Source: Phycisphaerae bacterium
GTDB taxonomy: Bacteria; Planctomycetota; Phycisphaerae; Phycisphaerales; Phycisphaeraceae
Reading direction: 5' to 3'
Length of the DNA stretch: 64,000 nt
NCBI GenBank assembly: GCA_030432595.1
Contig: JAUIGU010000020.1
Span: forward strand, 8,144 to 72,143
Below are positions 24,534 through 33,164 of the stretch, piece after piece (the first letter of the stretch is position 1; each line of letters opens with the position of its first letter). The translations under genes were made by a program, and so were the position numbers. The notes below the pieces were generated by a model, which was not told the origin of the DNA, ran no database searches, and was given only the letters and a program-made list of their open reading frames with translations.

Positions 24534-27134
24534 TTACGGCACGTTGATGACGGTTTCACCCTCGGCCGCGAGGTCGATGCCCGGGCCGCCGTCGAGGAAG
24601 TCCACGCCGTCGCCGCCGTTGAGAACGTCGTTGTCGGCCTCGCCGAACAGGTCGTCGTCGCCGTCGCCGCCCAGGATCGTGTCGTTGCCCGCGCCGCCGC
24701 GGATCTCGTCGTTGCCGTCGCCGCCGGTGAGGACGTCGTCGCCCAGGCCGCCGTTGATCTCGAAGGTGATCAGGCCGGCGAGGCCGGTGCTGCCGGTGAC
24801 GGTGTCGTTGCCGTCCAGGGTGTTGACCTCGAGCGTCTCGGTGGTGCCGATGTCGAGGGTGAAGGCGTCGAGGTTGGTGCGTTGAAGCGCGACGCGGATA
24901 CCGTTGGGGTTGACGAAGATGTCGTCGCCTTCGGTGTTCGAGCCGTTGACCTGGACGGTGTCATTGCCGGTGCCGCCTTCGAGCAGGTCGGACCCGTCGC
25001 CGTGGTTCCAGACGAGGGTGTCGTCGTCGGACTGCCCGAGCACGACGTCGTTGCCGGGGCCGCCGATGAGGGTGTCGTTGCCGGCGCCGCCGCGGAGAAC
25101 GTCGTCGCCGTCGCTGCCGACGAGCAGGTCGTTGCCCTCACCGCCATCGAGGTCGAGGTTGATCCGCCCGGCGAGTCCGGGGTTCCCGCCGATCAAGTCC
25201 GCGCCGCCCTGGCCGTTGATGTCGAGGTTGTCAACGGCGGCCAGGTTGAGGACGGTGGTGGTCACGAGCGTGTGCTTCACCTGAACACGGTGACGCACTA
25301 CATCGACGGTGATGACGTCGCCGGCGTTGTTGCTGCCGTTGACCTGGACGGTGTTGATGCCGAAGCCGCCGTACAGGTTGTCCGCGCCGTCGCCGAAGTT
25401 CCAGATCATCAGGTCGTGGCCGTGGCCGCCGCCCACGCTGTCGTTGCCGCGCCCGCCGAGGAGGGTGTCGTTGCCGTGGCCTCCGTCGAGGCTGTCGTCG
25501 CCGTCGCCGCCCATGATGAAGTCGTTGTCGTCGCCGCCGAAGAGGCGCAGGTCGATCATGTCGGCCAGTCCGTTGGACGCAACGATCGTGTCCCTGCCGC
25601 CGTTGCCGTGGACGTCAAGCATTTCGGTCGTGCCGATGTCCATGGTGTATGCCCAGTTGTTGGTGCGTTCGAGGCGGACGCGGTCGCCGTTGGGTTGGAT
25701 GGTGATGTCGTCGCCGATGGCGTCGGACCCGTGGACCACGACGGTGTCGCGGTCGGCACCGCCTTCAAGGAAGTCCGAGCCGTCACCGTTGTGCACAATC
25801 ATTCGGTCGTTGCCGGATTCGCCGATTTTGATGTCGTTCCCGCGGTGGCCGATGAGCGTGTCGTTGCCGGCGCCGCCGCGGAGGACGTCGACGCCGTCGC
25901 CGCCGATGAGCAGGTCGTTGCCCTCGCCGCCGTCGAGGTCGAGGTCGATCAGCCCGTCGAGGCCGACGGAGCCGCGCAGGGTGTCGTTTCCGCCCTGGCC
26001 GTTGACGTCGAGGTTTTCGGTGGTGCCGATGTCGAGGGTGAACAGCCCGAGGTTGTCGCGGTCGAAGCGGACGCGGTTGCCGTTGGGCGAAATGGTGAAC
26101 TCGTCGCCGTCGGCGTTGCTGCCGTTGACCTGGACAACGTCGTTGTCGTCGCCGCCTTCCATCAGGTCGGAGCCGTCGCCGTGATTCCAGACGAACAGGT
26201 CGTGGCCCTGCTCGCCGAGTTGTATGTCGTTGCCTCGTCCGCCGATCAGGGTGTCCTGGCCGGCGCCGCCGCGAAGTACATCGACGCCGTCGCCGCCGAT
26301 GAGCAGGTCGTTGCCCTCGCCGCCGTCGAAGTCGAGCTCGATCAGCCCGCCGAGCCCGACGGAGCCGGCGATGATGTCGCTGCCGCCCTGGCCGTTGACG
26401 TCGAGGTCTTCGACGCCGCCGATGTCGAGGGTGAACAGGCCCAGGTTGTTGCGCTGGAAGCGGACGCGGTCGCCGTTGGGGTCGACGGAGAAGTCGTCGC
26501 CGGCCCCGTTGGCACCGTTGACCTGAACGATGTCGCGGTCGTCGCCGCCTTCGAGGACGTCGGAGCCGTCGCCGTTGTTCCAGATCATCAGGTCCACGCC
26601 GCTCTGGCCCTGGACGGAGTCGTTGCCGCGGTCGCCGAGGATGGTGTCGTTGCCGGAGCCGCCGAAGAGCCGGTCGACGTTGTCGCCGCCGCGGATGAAG
26701 TCGTTGTCCGCGCCGCCGAGGATGGTGTCCTCGCCCGCGCCGCCGATGAGGGTGTCGTTGCCGTCGCCGCCGAGCAGGGTGGCCTGGGGCAGCGCGCCCT
26801 GCGCCTCGTTGAGGACGATGTTGTCGTTGCCGTCGAGGCCCGAGGCGAGGATGACGGTGGTGTTGGCGACCGTGGGCACGCCGCCGGTGATCGCGACCGC
26901 GCCGTCGTTGACGAGGATGTTGCCGTTGGCGGCCCGGCTGATCTCGATGTTGTTGTCCAGGTTGTCGCCGACGACCTGGAGCAGCCCGCCGGCCGGCGAG
27001 AAGGTCGCGCTGACGGAGAACAACTCGCGCCGTTCGAGGCCTTCGAGCTGTGGCCCTGCCGCGGGCAGGCGGTCGAGCAACTCGGCGGTGGCGGGGCGGC
27101 ATCGGCGGGACAGGCGGCGGAACAGGGCGTGCAT
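24534..27134 (-). CDS. Giant hemolysin-type (RTX) calcium-binding repeat protein with five tandem modules of about 131 aa
   Basis: Dozens of GGxGxD nonapeptides (GGDGNDTLIGGAGEDTILGG...). The modules start VQVNGSN..GD.F...PNG.RV. and recur every 390-393 nt. Start taken at MHALFRRL (ATG 27134), with LEGLERRELFSV near the N-terminus. Confidence 0.85.
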   Translation of the reverse strand: MHALFRRLSRRCRPATAELLDRLPAAGPQLEGLERRELFSVSATFSPAGGLLQVVGDNLDNNIEISRAANGNILVNDGAVAITGGVPTVANTTVILASGLDGNDNIVLNEAQGALPQATLLGGDGNDTLIGGAGEDTILGGADNDFIRGGDNVDRLFGGSGNDTILGDRGNDSVQGQSGVDLMIWNNGDGSDVLEGGDDRDIVQVNGANGAGDDFSVDPNGDRVRFQRNNLGLFTLDIGGVEDLDVNGQGGSDIIAGSVGLGGLIELDFDGGEGNDLLIGGDGVDVLRGGAGQDTLIGGRGNDIQLGEQGHDLFVWNHGDGSDLMEGGDDNDVVQVNGSNADGDEFTISPNGNRVRFDRDNLGLFTLDIGTTENLDVNGQGGNDTLRGSVGLDGLIDLDLDGGEGNDLLIGGDGVDVLRGGAGNDTLIGHRGNDIKIGESGNDRMIVHNGDGSDFLEGGADRDTVVVHGSDAIGDDITIQPNGDRVRLERTNNWAYTMDIGTTEMLDVHGNGGRDTIVASNGLADMIDLRLFGGDDNDFIMGGDGDDSLDGGHGNDTLLGGRGNDSVGGGHGHDLMIWNFGDGADNLYGGFGINTVQVNGSNNAGDVITVDVVRHRVQVKHTLVTTTVLNLAAVDNLDINGQGGADLIGGNPGLAGRINLDLDGGEGNDLLVGSDGDDVLRGGAGNDTLIGGPGNDVVLGQSDDDTLVWNHGDGSDLLEGGTGNDTVQVNGSNTEGDDIFVNPNGIRVALQRTNLDAFTLDIGTTETLEVNTLDGNDTVTGSTGLAGLITFEINGGLGDDVLTGGDGNDEIRGGAGNDTILGGDGDDDLFGEADNDVLNGGDGVDFLDGGPGIDLAAEGETVINVP

Positions 27135-27283
27135 AGCGGGCCTCGGCAGGTGTTGAACGTTTGAAAGAGCCGGCGGTTGGGCGAGGGAGGGCACCCGACG
27201 CGCCGCCCCGGGTCATGGAGCCATGCGACGCTCTGTGGTGCCGGACCCATTAGGAATGTCCCCAGGTTTTTGACCCCTTTGCG

Positions 27284-27898
27284 GTGTACGGGGACATCGA
27301 ATCCCCGCGATTGGCCTTAAACTGCGGCATCGTGTCCGACCCGGGCGACATCACGCGGATCCTGCAGGCCTCGGAACCGGGCGACGGGTCGGCCGTGGAC
27401 CGGCTGCTGCCCGCCGTTTACGAAGAACTCAAACAGATGGCCTCGGCCAAGCTCGCGCGCGAGTCTGGCCGGGTGTTCCAGCCGACCGCGCTGGTCCACG
27501 AGGCCTACCTCCGCCTGGTCGGGCCCAGCCAGCGCGGGTTCGAGAACCGGGGCCACTTTTTTGCGGCTGCGGCCGAAGCGATGCGCCGGGTCCTCATCGA
27601 CGACGCCCGCTCGCGCTCCCGGCTTAAGCGCGGCGGCGGCGCGTCACGTGTCGATCTCGACACCGGCATGATCACCATCGACGACGACCCCCACGAGCTG
27701 CTCGCCATCGACGAGGCCCTGACGGCGCTCGAATCCCAGGACGCGCGGAAAGCCAGCCTCGTCAAGCTGCGGTTCTTCGGCGGGCTGACCCAGGCCGAGG
27801 CCGCCGGGCTGCTGGGCGTCTCGCGCTCCACCGCCGACAACGACTGGGCCTACGCCCGGGCCTGGCTGCACCAGGCCATCCAGGGCAACGTTTCCTGA
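27284..27898 (+). CDS. ECF sigma factor, Ser/Thr-kinase-associated type (ECF43 / TIGR02999-like), second copy
   Basis: DITRILQASEPGDGSAVDRLLPAVYEELKQMASAKLA...PTALVHEAYLRLV and LVKLRFFGGLTQAEAAGLLGVSRSTADNDW. The start is either GTG 27284 or GTG 27332 (VSDPGD). Confidence 0.9.
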   Translation: MYGDIESPRLALNCGIVSDPGDITRILQASEPGDGSAVDRLLPAVYEELKQMASAKLARESGRVFQPTALVHEAYLRLVGPSQRGFENRGHFFAAAAEAMRRVLIDDARSRSRLKRGGGASRVDLDTGMITIDDDPHELLAIDEALTALESQDARKASLVKLRFFGGLTQAEAAGLLGVSRSTADNDWAYARAWLHQAIQGNVS

Positions 27899-27995
27899 GT
27901 CGGGCGGGCCGCGTTTCGTTCAATCCAATCAAAGTGCTTGTGCGCCACGCTTGCCGGGGTGACGATGGGTGCCCCTGCGTCACGAGACACTCTCC

Positions 27996-30900
27996 ATGCC
28001 GGCATCGAAGTCGAACGAAGAGCAGATCTTCCTCGCCGCCCTCGGTGAGCCCGATCCCGACCGCCGCGCCCGGCAGGTCGCCGAGGCTTGCAGCGACAAC
28101 CAAGAGCTGCGCGATCGAATCGAAGCCCTCCTGCAGTCGCATTTCGAGGCGAAACACTTCCTCGAAACCCCAGCGCTGGTGAAGGACGGTCGGCTCAGCC
28201 GGACGCTCGGCCTGCACGTCGGCCTAGAGGTCGGGGCGGTCGTCATGGGGCGTTACCGCATCGACGGCGTCCTCGGCGAGGGCGGGATGGCGGTGGTGTA
28301 CGCGGCGGAACAGGTCTCCCCCGTTCAACGCCCCGTCGCGCTCAAGGTCATCAAGCCCGGACTGGACACCAAGCAGGTCGTTACGCGTTTCGAGGCCGAG
28401 CGACAGGCACTGGCGCTGATGAACCACCCGCACATCGCCAGCGTGCTCGACGGCGGGACCACTGATTCGGGCCACCCGTTCTTTGTGATGGACCGTGTCG
28501 AGGGCCCGCCGATCACGACGTACTGTGACGAGCACGCCCTGCCGATCGACCGGCGGATCGAGCTGTTCCTCGATGTCTGCCGCGCCGTCTGGCACGCGCA
28601 TCAGAAAGGCATCATCCACCGCGACCTCAAGCCGTCGAACGTGTTGATCGCCACCCAGGGGCAGCTCGCGGCACCCGTGGTCATCGACTTCGGCATCGCC
28701 AAAGCCACCGAGCGTCGGCTCACCGAGCACACGCTCGAGACCGGCGGCGCCGTGTTCCTGGGCACGCCGGAGTACATGAGCCCCGAACAGGCCGACGCCA
28801 GCAAAGACCTTGACACGCGCACCGACATCTTCGCGCTGGGCGCGTTGCTGCGCCAGCTTCTCACGGGCTCGACGCACCTGGACCCCCGCACGCTGCGCGA
28901 GATGCCCTACGACCGCATGCTCGTGACGGTGCGTGAGCAGGAGCCGTCGCGCCCGAGCACGCGCCTCCACACGTTGGGTGACGACGCACTCGAGGTCGCG
29001 CGCTCCCGACGCACCACCCCGGGCCGGCTCAAAGCGCGGCTCCGCGGCGACCTCGACTGGATCGTCGTCAAAGCCATGCAGAACGACCGCACCCGGCGCT
29101 ACGGCGGCGTCGGCGTGCTCATCGAAGACCTCGAACGCTACCTGCGCGGCGACTCCGTGTCGGCCGGTCCGCCCAACCCGATCCACCGCATCCGCAGCAC
29201 GTTCCGACGCCACCGCCCGACCTTCATCTCCGCGGGTTTGATCCTGCTCGCGCTGCTCGTGGGGCTGGGCGTCGCGATCCGCAAAGCCGCCGACGAGCGC
29301 GACGCCCGACTCCGCGCCGACGCGCTGCGTCTTGAAACCCAGGACGCGCTCGACCGGTCTGAGTCGCTCCGCCAGCTCCTGGCCCGCATGGTCACCCTCG
29401 CCGAGCCGCGTCCGGGCAAGTCCGCCGACTACACCGTTGCCGAGATGCTGTCCGACTTCGGCGGGGACATCGACACCCTCGCCGCGGACCGCCCGGACGT
29501 CGCGGCCGAGCTCCACACGCTCGTCGGCAGCGCTTTGCGCACGCTGGACCTTCGCGAGCAGGCCGCCGTGCATTTCGAGCTCGCGCTCGATCTTTACCGA
29601 ACCCTCGACGACACGCCGCCCGCCACGCGCAGCGACGCGATCCTCGACCTGGTCGAGATGCGCCAGGCCTACGCGCAGAGCGACGTGCAACACTGGGTCG
29701 AGCTGACCAACGAGGCGCTCGGCTTGAGCTACACCCCCGACGGGCAGCCGGGGTTGACCACGTCCCGCGCGATGGAAGTCATGGGCTGGATCCACCACGC
29801 CGGCCTCAACGACGCCGAGGCGCTGCGCTGGTTCCACGAAAGCCTAGACGTCGCTGAAAAACTGAACAACGACCGCCAGGCCTCGCGTCTGCACTCCGCA
29901 CTGGCGACTGCGTACTACTCGGCCGGCCGCAACGAGCGCTCGATCCACCACGCCCGCACCGCGATGCAACTCGTCGAGTCGCTCTACGACCCGCTCAGCC
30001 ACGAACACCTCCGGGCCCGCTCGATGCTGGCCAGCAGCCTGGCGCGGTCCGGCGATGCGGCCGAGGGCTGCGCGATGCTCATCGACGTCCTCGAAGCCCG
30101 CCACGGCCTCGGCCTGCCGACCTCCGTTTGGTCCGTGCTGTCGCTGCAGCGCGGCGTGTTGCGCCTGCAGCGGGAGGCAGACGTGGAACACGCCGCCGTC
30201 TACGCCGAGCATGCCGCCCGCTGGTTTGATCTTGTACCCGACGCGGATCGGTCTGCGGAGTGGGGCATCATCGCGCGGGACCAGGCGACATATCACTTCA
30301 TGTTGGGGCAGGATCAGGCCGGGTGTTCCCGGATCGCGTACACCGTCAAGCTGTTCGCGCAGTCCGAACGGTTCATGACGGTCGCGGTGGCGAACGCGGC
30401 ATTCCTCGCGATCGTCGGTGACGAGACCGGGAGCCGGCCCCAAGCCGTGCGGGCGTTCGACCACCTGGCGCAGCGCTGTGAAGAGTTCGGGTTGGCCGGT
30501 TTCGGCAAAGCGGTCGAACACCTGCGGAACGACCTGCTCGGCAGCCATGCTCCGTCATACTCTCCCGCCCCTTTCACCGACCTCGAAGCCGAGAGCATCG
30601 ACCAGTGGCAATCCGTCATCGAGTCGATGGTCGCGCTGCGTTTCGACGGTCGGCTCGGTCAGCGGAATCGGCCGCGCATGCTCGAGGCGGTGTGCGTTTT
30701 GGCTGAACCTTTGATCGAGGCCAGGCCCGACGATCCCCGGCCACACCTGTTGCTGGCGGTGGGGCGGTACAACCTCGGGCATTACGCCGACGCCTTGGTC
30801 ATTCTGGACCGCGCGGACGTGCTGGTCGAACCCGAGCCGACGCCGGACACGCTCGTGCTCAAGACCCACCGCATCGCCGCGCTGTCCGCCACCGGCCGAG

Positions 30901-31046
30901 TCGACGAAGCGCACACGCAATACGCCGCGCTCAAGCCCTGGCTCGACCGGCCGGACATCGCGCTCCCCGAACTGGCGATGCGGGCCCTGGACGACTATCG
31001 GAAACGGGTTGACGAGGTGTCGCCACGTCACGACGCTCCCCCATGA
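27996..31046 (+). CDS. Transmembrane Ser/Thr protein kinase with C-terminal TPR-like sensor region (ECF-associated), second copy
   Basis: Kinase motifs HRDLKPSNVL, IDFGIA and YMSPEQ. TM helix FISAGLILLALLVGLGVAI and about 560 aa of helical repeats. The N-terminal leader of about 55 aa ends in a conserved ALLxxH motif, as in the first kinase. Confidence 0.9.
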   Translation: MPASKSNEEQIFLAALGEPDPDRRARQVAEACSDNQELRDRIEALLQSHFEAKHFLETPALVKDGRLSRTLGLHVGLEVGAVVMGRYRIDGVLGEGGMAVVYAAEQVSPVQRPVALKVIKPGLDTKQVVTRFEAERQALALMNHPHIASVLDGGTTDSGHPFFVMDRVEGPPITTYCDEHALPIDRRIELFLDVCRAVWHAHQKGIIHRDLKPSNVLIATQGQLAAPVVIDFGIAKATERRLTEHTLETGGAVFLGTPEYMSPEQADASKDLDTRTDIFALGALLRQLLTGSTHLDPRTLREMPYDRMLVTVREQEPSRPSTRLHTLGDDALEVARSRRTTPGRLKARLRGDLDWIVVKAMQNDRTRRYGGVGVLIEDLERYLRGDSVSAGPPNPIHRIRSTFRRHRPTFISAGLILLALLVGLGVAIRKAADERDARLRADALRLETQDALDRSESLRQLLARMVTLAEPRPGKSADYTVAEMLSDFGGDIDTLAADRPDVAAELHTLVGSALRTLDLREQAAVHFELALDLYRTLDDTPPATRSDAILDLVEMRQAYAQSDVQHWVELTNEALGLSYTPDGQPGLTTSRAMEVMGWIHHAGLNDAEALRWFHESLDVAEKLNNDRQASRLHSALATAYYSAGRNERSIHHARTAMQLVESLYDPLSHEHLRARSMLASSLARSGDAAEGCAMLIDVLEARHGLGLPTSVWSVLSLQRGVLRLQREADVEHAAVYAEHAARWFDLVPDADRSAEWGIIARDQATYHFMLGQDQAGCSRIAYTVKLFAQSERFMTVAVANAAFLAIVGDETGSRPQAVRAFDHLAQRCEEFGLAGFGKAVEHLRNDLLGSHAPSYSPAPFTDLEAESIDQWQSVIESMVALRFDGRLGQRNRPRMLEAVCVLAEPLIEARPDDPRPHLLLAVGRYNLGHYADALVILDRADVLVEPEPTPDTLVLKTHRIAALSATGRVDEAHTQYAALKPWLDRPDIALPELAMRALDDYRKRVDEVSPRHDAPP

Positions 31047-31212
31047 ATCGTCTTGACCGGATGCCGCTTCGGCCTGCGACGGGTAACTGGCTCCACGTCA
31101 AATCACCGTGTGGCTTTTGACGGATTGTCACAAACGTCGCATATGTCGGAGATGTCAGGAAAAAGTCGAACGACACGTTTGACTTGTCCGCGATGAATCC
31201 GATGGTTGGGGT

Positions 31213-31851
31213 GTGATCAGCAACCACCCCGAAACGACAGACGATGCCCAGACGCCACGAGGGCAGAAGCCCGGCCGAACGTTGACCACCGGCCAGATCG
31301 CCGCGTATTGCCGTGTGAACTACCGGACGGTCTTGCGGTGGATCAAGGCGGATCGGTTGCCGGCCCATCAACTCCCCGGTCGCGGAGACCACCGCGTCGA
31401 AGCCTCGGACTTCGTGGCGTTCCTGCGCCGGCACCGCATGCCCGTCCCGATCGAATTCCTGAAGCGCTCGAATCAGGTCCTGATCGTGGACGATGATCCG
31501 CAGATGGCTTCGAGTATCCGGCGCGTCTTGAAGCGTGCCGGGTTTCAGACGCAGGTCGCTCCCAACGGCTTCCAGGCGGGCGCGATGCTCGGTTCGTTCG
31601 AACCCCGTTTGGTCGTGTTGGACCTGAAGATGCCGGGCATCGGCGGGCTGGACGTCCTGCGTTTCATCCGTGAACAGGCGAGCTACCACGACGTCAAGGT
31701 TTTGATCGTTTCGGGTCAGAGCGACGCGGAACTCGTGGCCGCGGTCGAGGCCGGCGCGGACGACGCACTGGCCAAGCCATTTGCCAGCGATGCCCTGGTC
31801 GAGAAGGTGCGTCGCCTGACGGACGGTCCGTTGCTCGGGAAAGCGGGCTGA
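31213..31851 (+). CDS. Response regulator with N-terminal excisionase/MerR-like HTH
   Basis: The HTH LTTGQIAAYCRVNYRTVLRWIKADRLPAH is followed by a receiver domain VLIVDDDPQM...LVVLDLKMPGIGG...ALAKPF. GTG start. Confidence 0.85.
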   Translation: MISNHPETTDDAQTPRGQKPGRTLTTGQIAAYCRVNYRTVLRWIKADRLPAHQLPGRGDHRVEASDFVAFLRRHRMPVPIEFLKRSNQVLIVDDDPQMASSIRRVLKRAGFQTQVAPNGFQAGAMLGSFEPRLVVLDLKMPGIGGLDVLRFIREQASYHDVKVLIVSGQSDAELVAAVEAGADDALAKPFASDALVEKVRRLTDGPLLGKAG

Positions 31852-31892
31852 GTCCGGCGGCTCGACATCAACTCTCGTGAACAGGAGCACCC

Positions 31893-32594
31893 ATGCGCGG
31901 AATCAATGAGATTCTCGGCCCCGCCCTCCGGACCGGACCTTCGGCGACAGACCTTCAGCCGACCACGGACGGCGGCGAATCGCCCGCTCAGGCGGGTCTG
32001 ATAACGGGATCGGCTGCCGCTTATACGCCGGCCAAGTGGTCAACCGGTGGCGAACCCAAGTCGATGATCAATAACGGGAGGGGCTTGATCTTCGGACCGG
32101 AGCAGACCGCTCATCCATCCGTCGCAGGCGCTCCCATGTCCCGGAAACCCCAAGTCCTTGCGATTGATGATGAAGGCCATCAACTGGCCTCCGTGCGTCG
32201 CGTGCTCAGACGCTCGGGCATCGAGGTCACCTGCGCCACCGGCGGTGCCAAAGCGCTGCGGCTGACCGCCTCGCGCCGGCCCGACCTGATTCTGGTCGAC
32301 GTGAGCATGCCCGGCATGTCGGGGCATGAGTTCGTTCGCCGCTTCCGCAAGCAGGAACGAGAGCTGCACGCTCGATCCGAGCCCTGTGTCCTGCCGGTGC
32401 CCGTGATCTTTGTGTCGGGGCGTTCCGGCTTGAGCCATCGGCTCTCAGGGCTGGACGCGGGGGGCATCGATTACATCGTCAAGCCGATCGTCCCAGAGGA
32501 CCTTCGCGCCCGCGTTCGAACCCATCTCCGGTGGGCTCGGAGTCAGCAGGAACACGTTCACACTTTTGTCGCCCCCGTCGGCGCGGCGGCCTGA
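31893..32594 (+). CDS. Stand-alone receiver (REC) protein
   Basis: The receiver domain runs from VLAIDDEGHQ through DLILVDVSMPGMSG to IVKPI. The first 80 or so codons are low complexity. The alternative start ATG 32136 (MSRKPQ) gives a canonical REC-only protein. Confidence 0.75.
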   Translation: MRGINEILGPALRTGPSATDLQPTTDGGESPAQAGLITGSAAAYTPAKWSTGGEPKSMINNGRGLIFGPEQTAHPSVAGAPMSRKPQVLAIDDEGHQLASVRRVLRRSGIEVTCATGGAKALRLTASRRPDLILVDVSMPGMSGHEFVRRFRKQERELHARSEPCVLPVPVIFVSGRSGLSHRLSGLDAGGIDYIVKPIVPEDLRARVRTHLRWARSQQEHVHTFVAPVGAAA

Positions 32595-32612
32595 GTGAAA
32601 TGGAGCCATGGC

Positions 32613-33164
32613 ATGAAAGGCATCGTCTTCACCGAGTTCATCGCGCTGGTCGAGGACAAGTTCGGGCTCGAGGTCGCGGATACCGTGCTCGGTGCCTGCC
32701 CGCTCGATTCCGGCGGCGCCTACACCGCGGTCGGCACCTACGACCACGGCGAGATCCTGCAACTGGTCTCCAAACTATCCGACGTGACCGGCGTCGATGT
32801 GCCGACCCTCGTCGAGACCTTCGGCCAGCACCTGTTCGGGACGCTGGCCACGGCCCACCCGTCCTTCCTGCAAGAGGTGGGCGGGACCTTTGATTTCCTC
32901 GAGCGGATCGACAACCACATCCACGTCGAGGTCCGCAAGCTCTACCCGGACGCGGAGTTGCCAACGTTCAAGTTCCGTCGTGACGGCGACGACCGGTTCG
33001 AGATGGCGTACCGCTCGTCGAGGCCGTTCGCCCACTTGGCCGTCGGTCTCATCCGCGGGTGTGCCGGACATTTCGGCGAAGACATCGACATCGAACACAT
33101 CGACGAGTCGGGCGGTGTCGGGAACGCCGCGACCTTCATCCTGAACCGGAAGGCCGCCGCATGA
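32613..33164 (+). CDS. H-NOX (heme-nitric oxide/oxygen binding, HNOB) sensor protein
   Basis: MKGIVFTEFIALVEDKFG is a typical H-NOX N-terminus. The proximal His lies in NHIHVEV (His102/104). The Y-x-S-x-R heme-propionate motif is present as YRSSR (133-137). GGAG lies 7 nt upstream of the ATG. Confidence 0.85.
   Translation: MKGIVFTEFIALVEDKFGLEVADTVLGACPLDSGGAYTAVGTYDHGEILQLVSKLSDVTGVDVPTLVETFGQHLFGTLATAHPSFLQEVGGTFDFLERIDNHIHVEVRKLYPDAELPTFKFRRDGDDRFEMAYRSSRPFAHLAVGLIRGCAGHFGEDIDIEHIDESGGVGNAATFILNRKAAA

Noticed and set aside
24540-26528. Regular tandem repeats that could be mistaken for a CRISPR or satellite array
   Set aside because: The period is about 390 nt and the repeats are in-frame coding modules of the RTX protein. 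There is no short repeat/unique spacer structure and there are no cas genes.
24282-27164. 960-aa ORF on the + strand, the longest ORF in this region
   Set aside because: It is the antisense shadow of the RTX repeat gene. Its V/A/D/G-only composition (VVAVAA..., DLDGV...) is what GGC-GAC-type codons give when read backwards. It has no start context or signal, and the - strand frame gives textbook GGxGxD repeats.
31117-31145. Possible sigma-70-type promoter TTGACG-N17-CATATG upstream of the H-NOX operon
   Set aside because: The -10 hexamer is weak, promoter consensus for this lineage is unknown to me, and nothing else supports it. I recorded it only as a place to look when mapping the operon transcription start.
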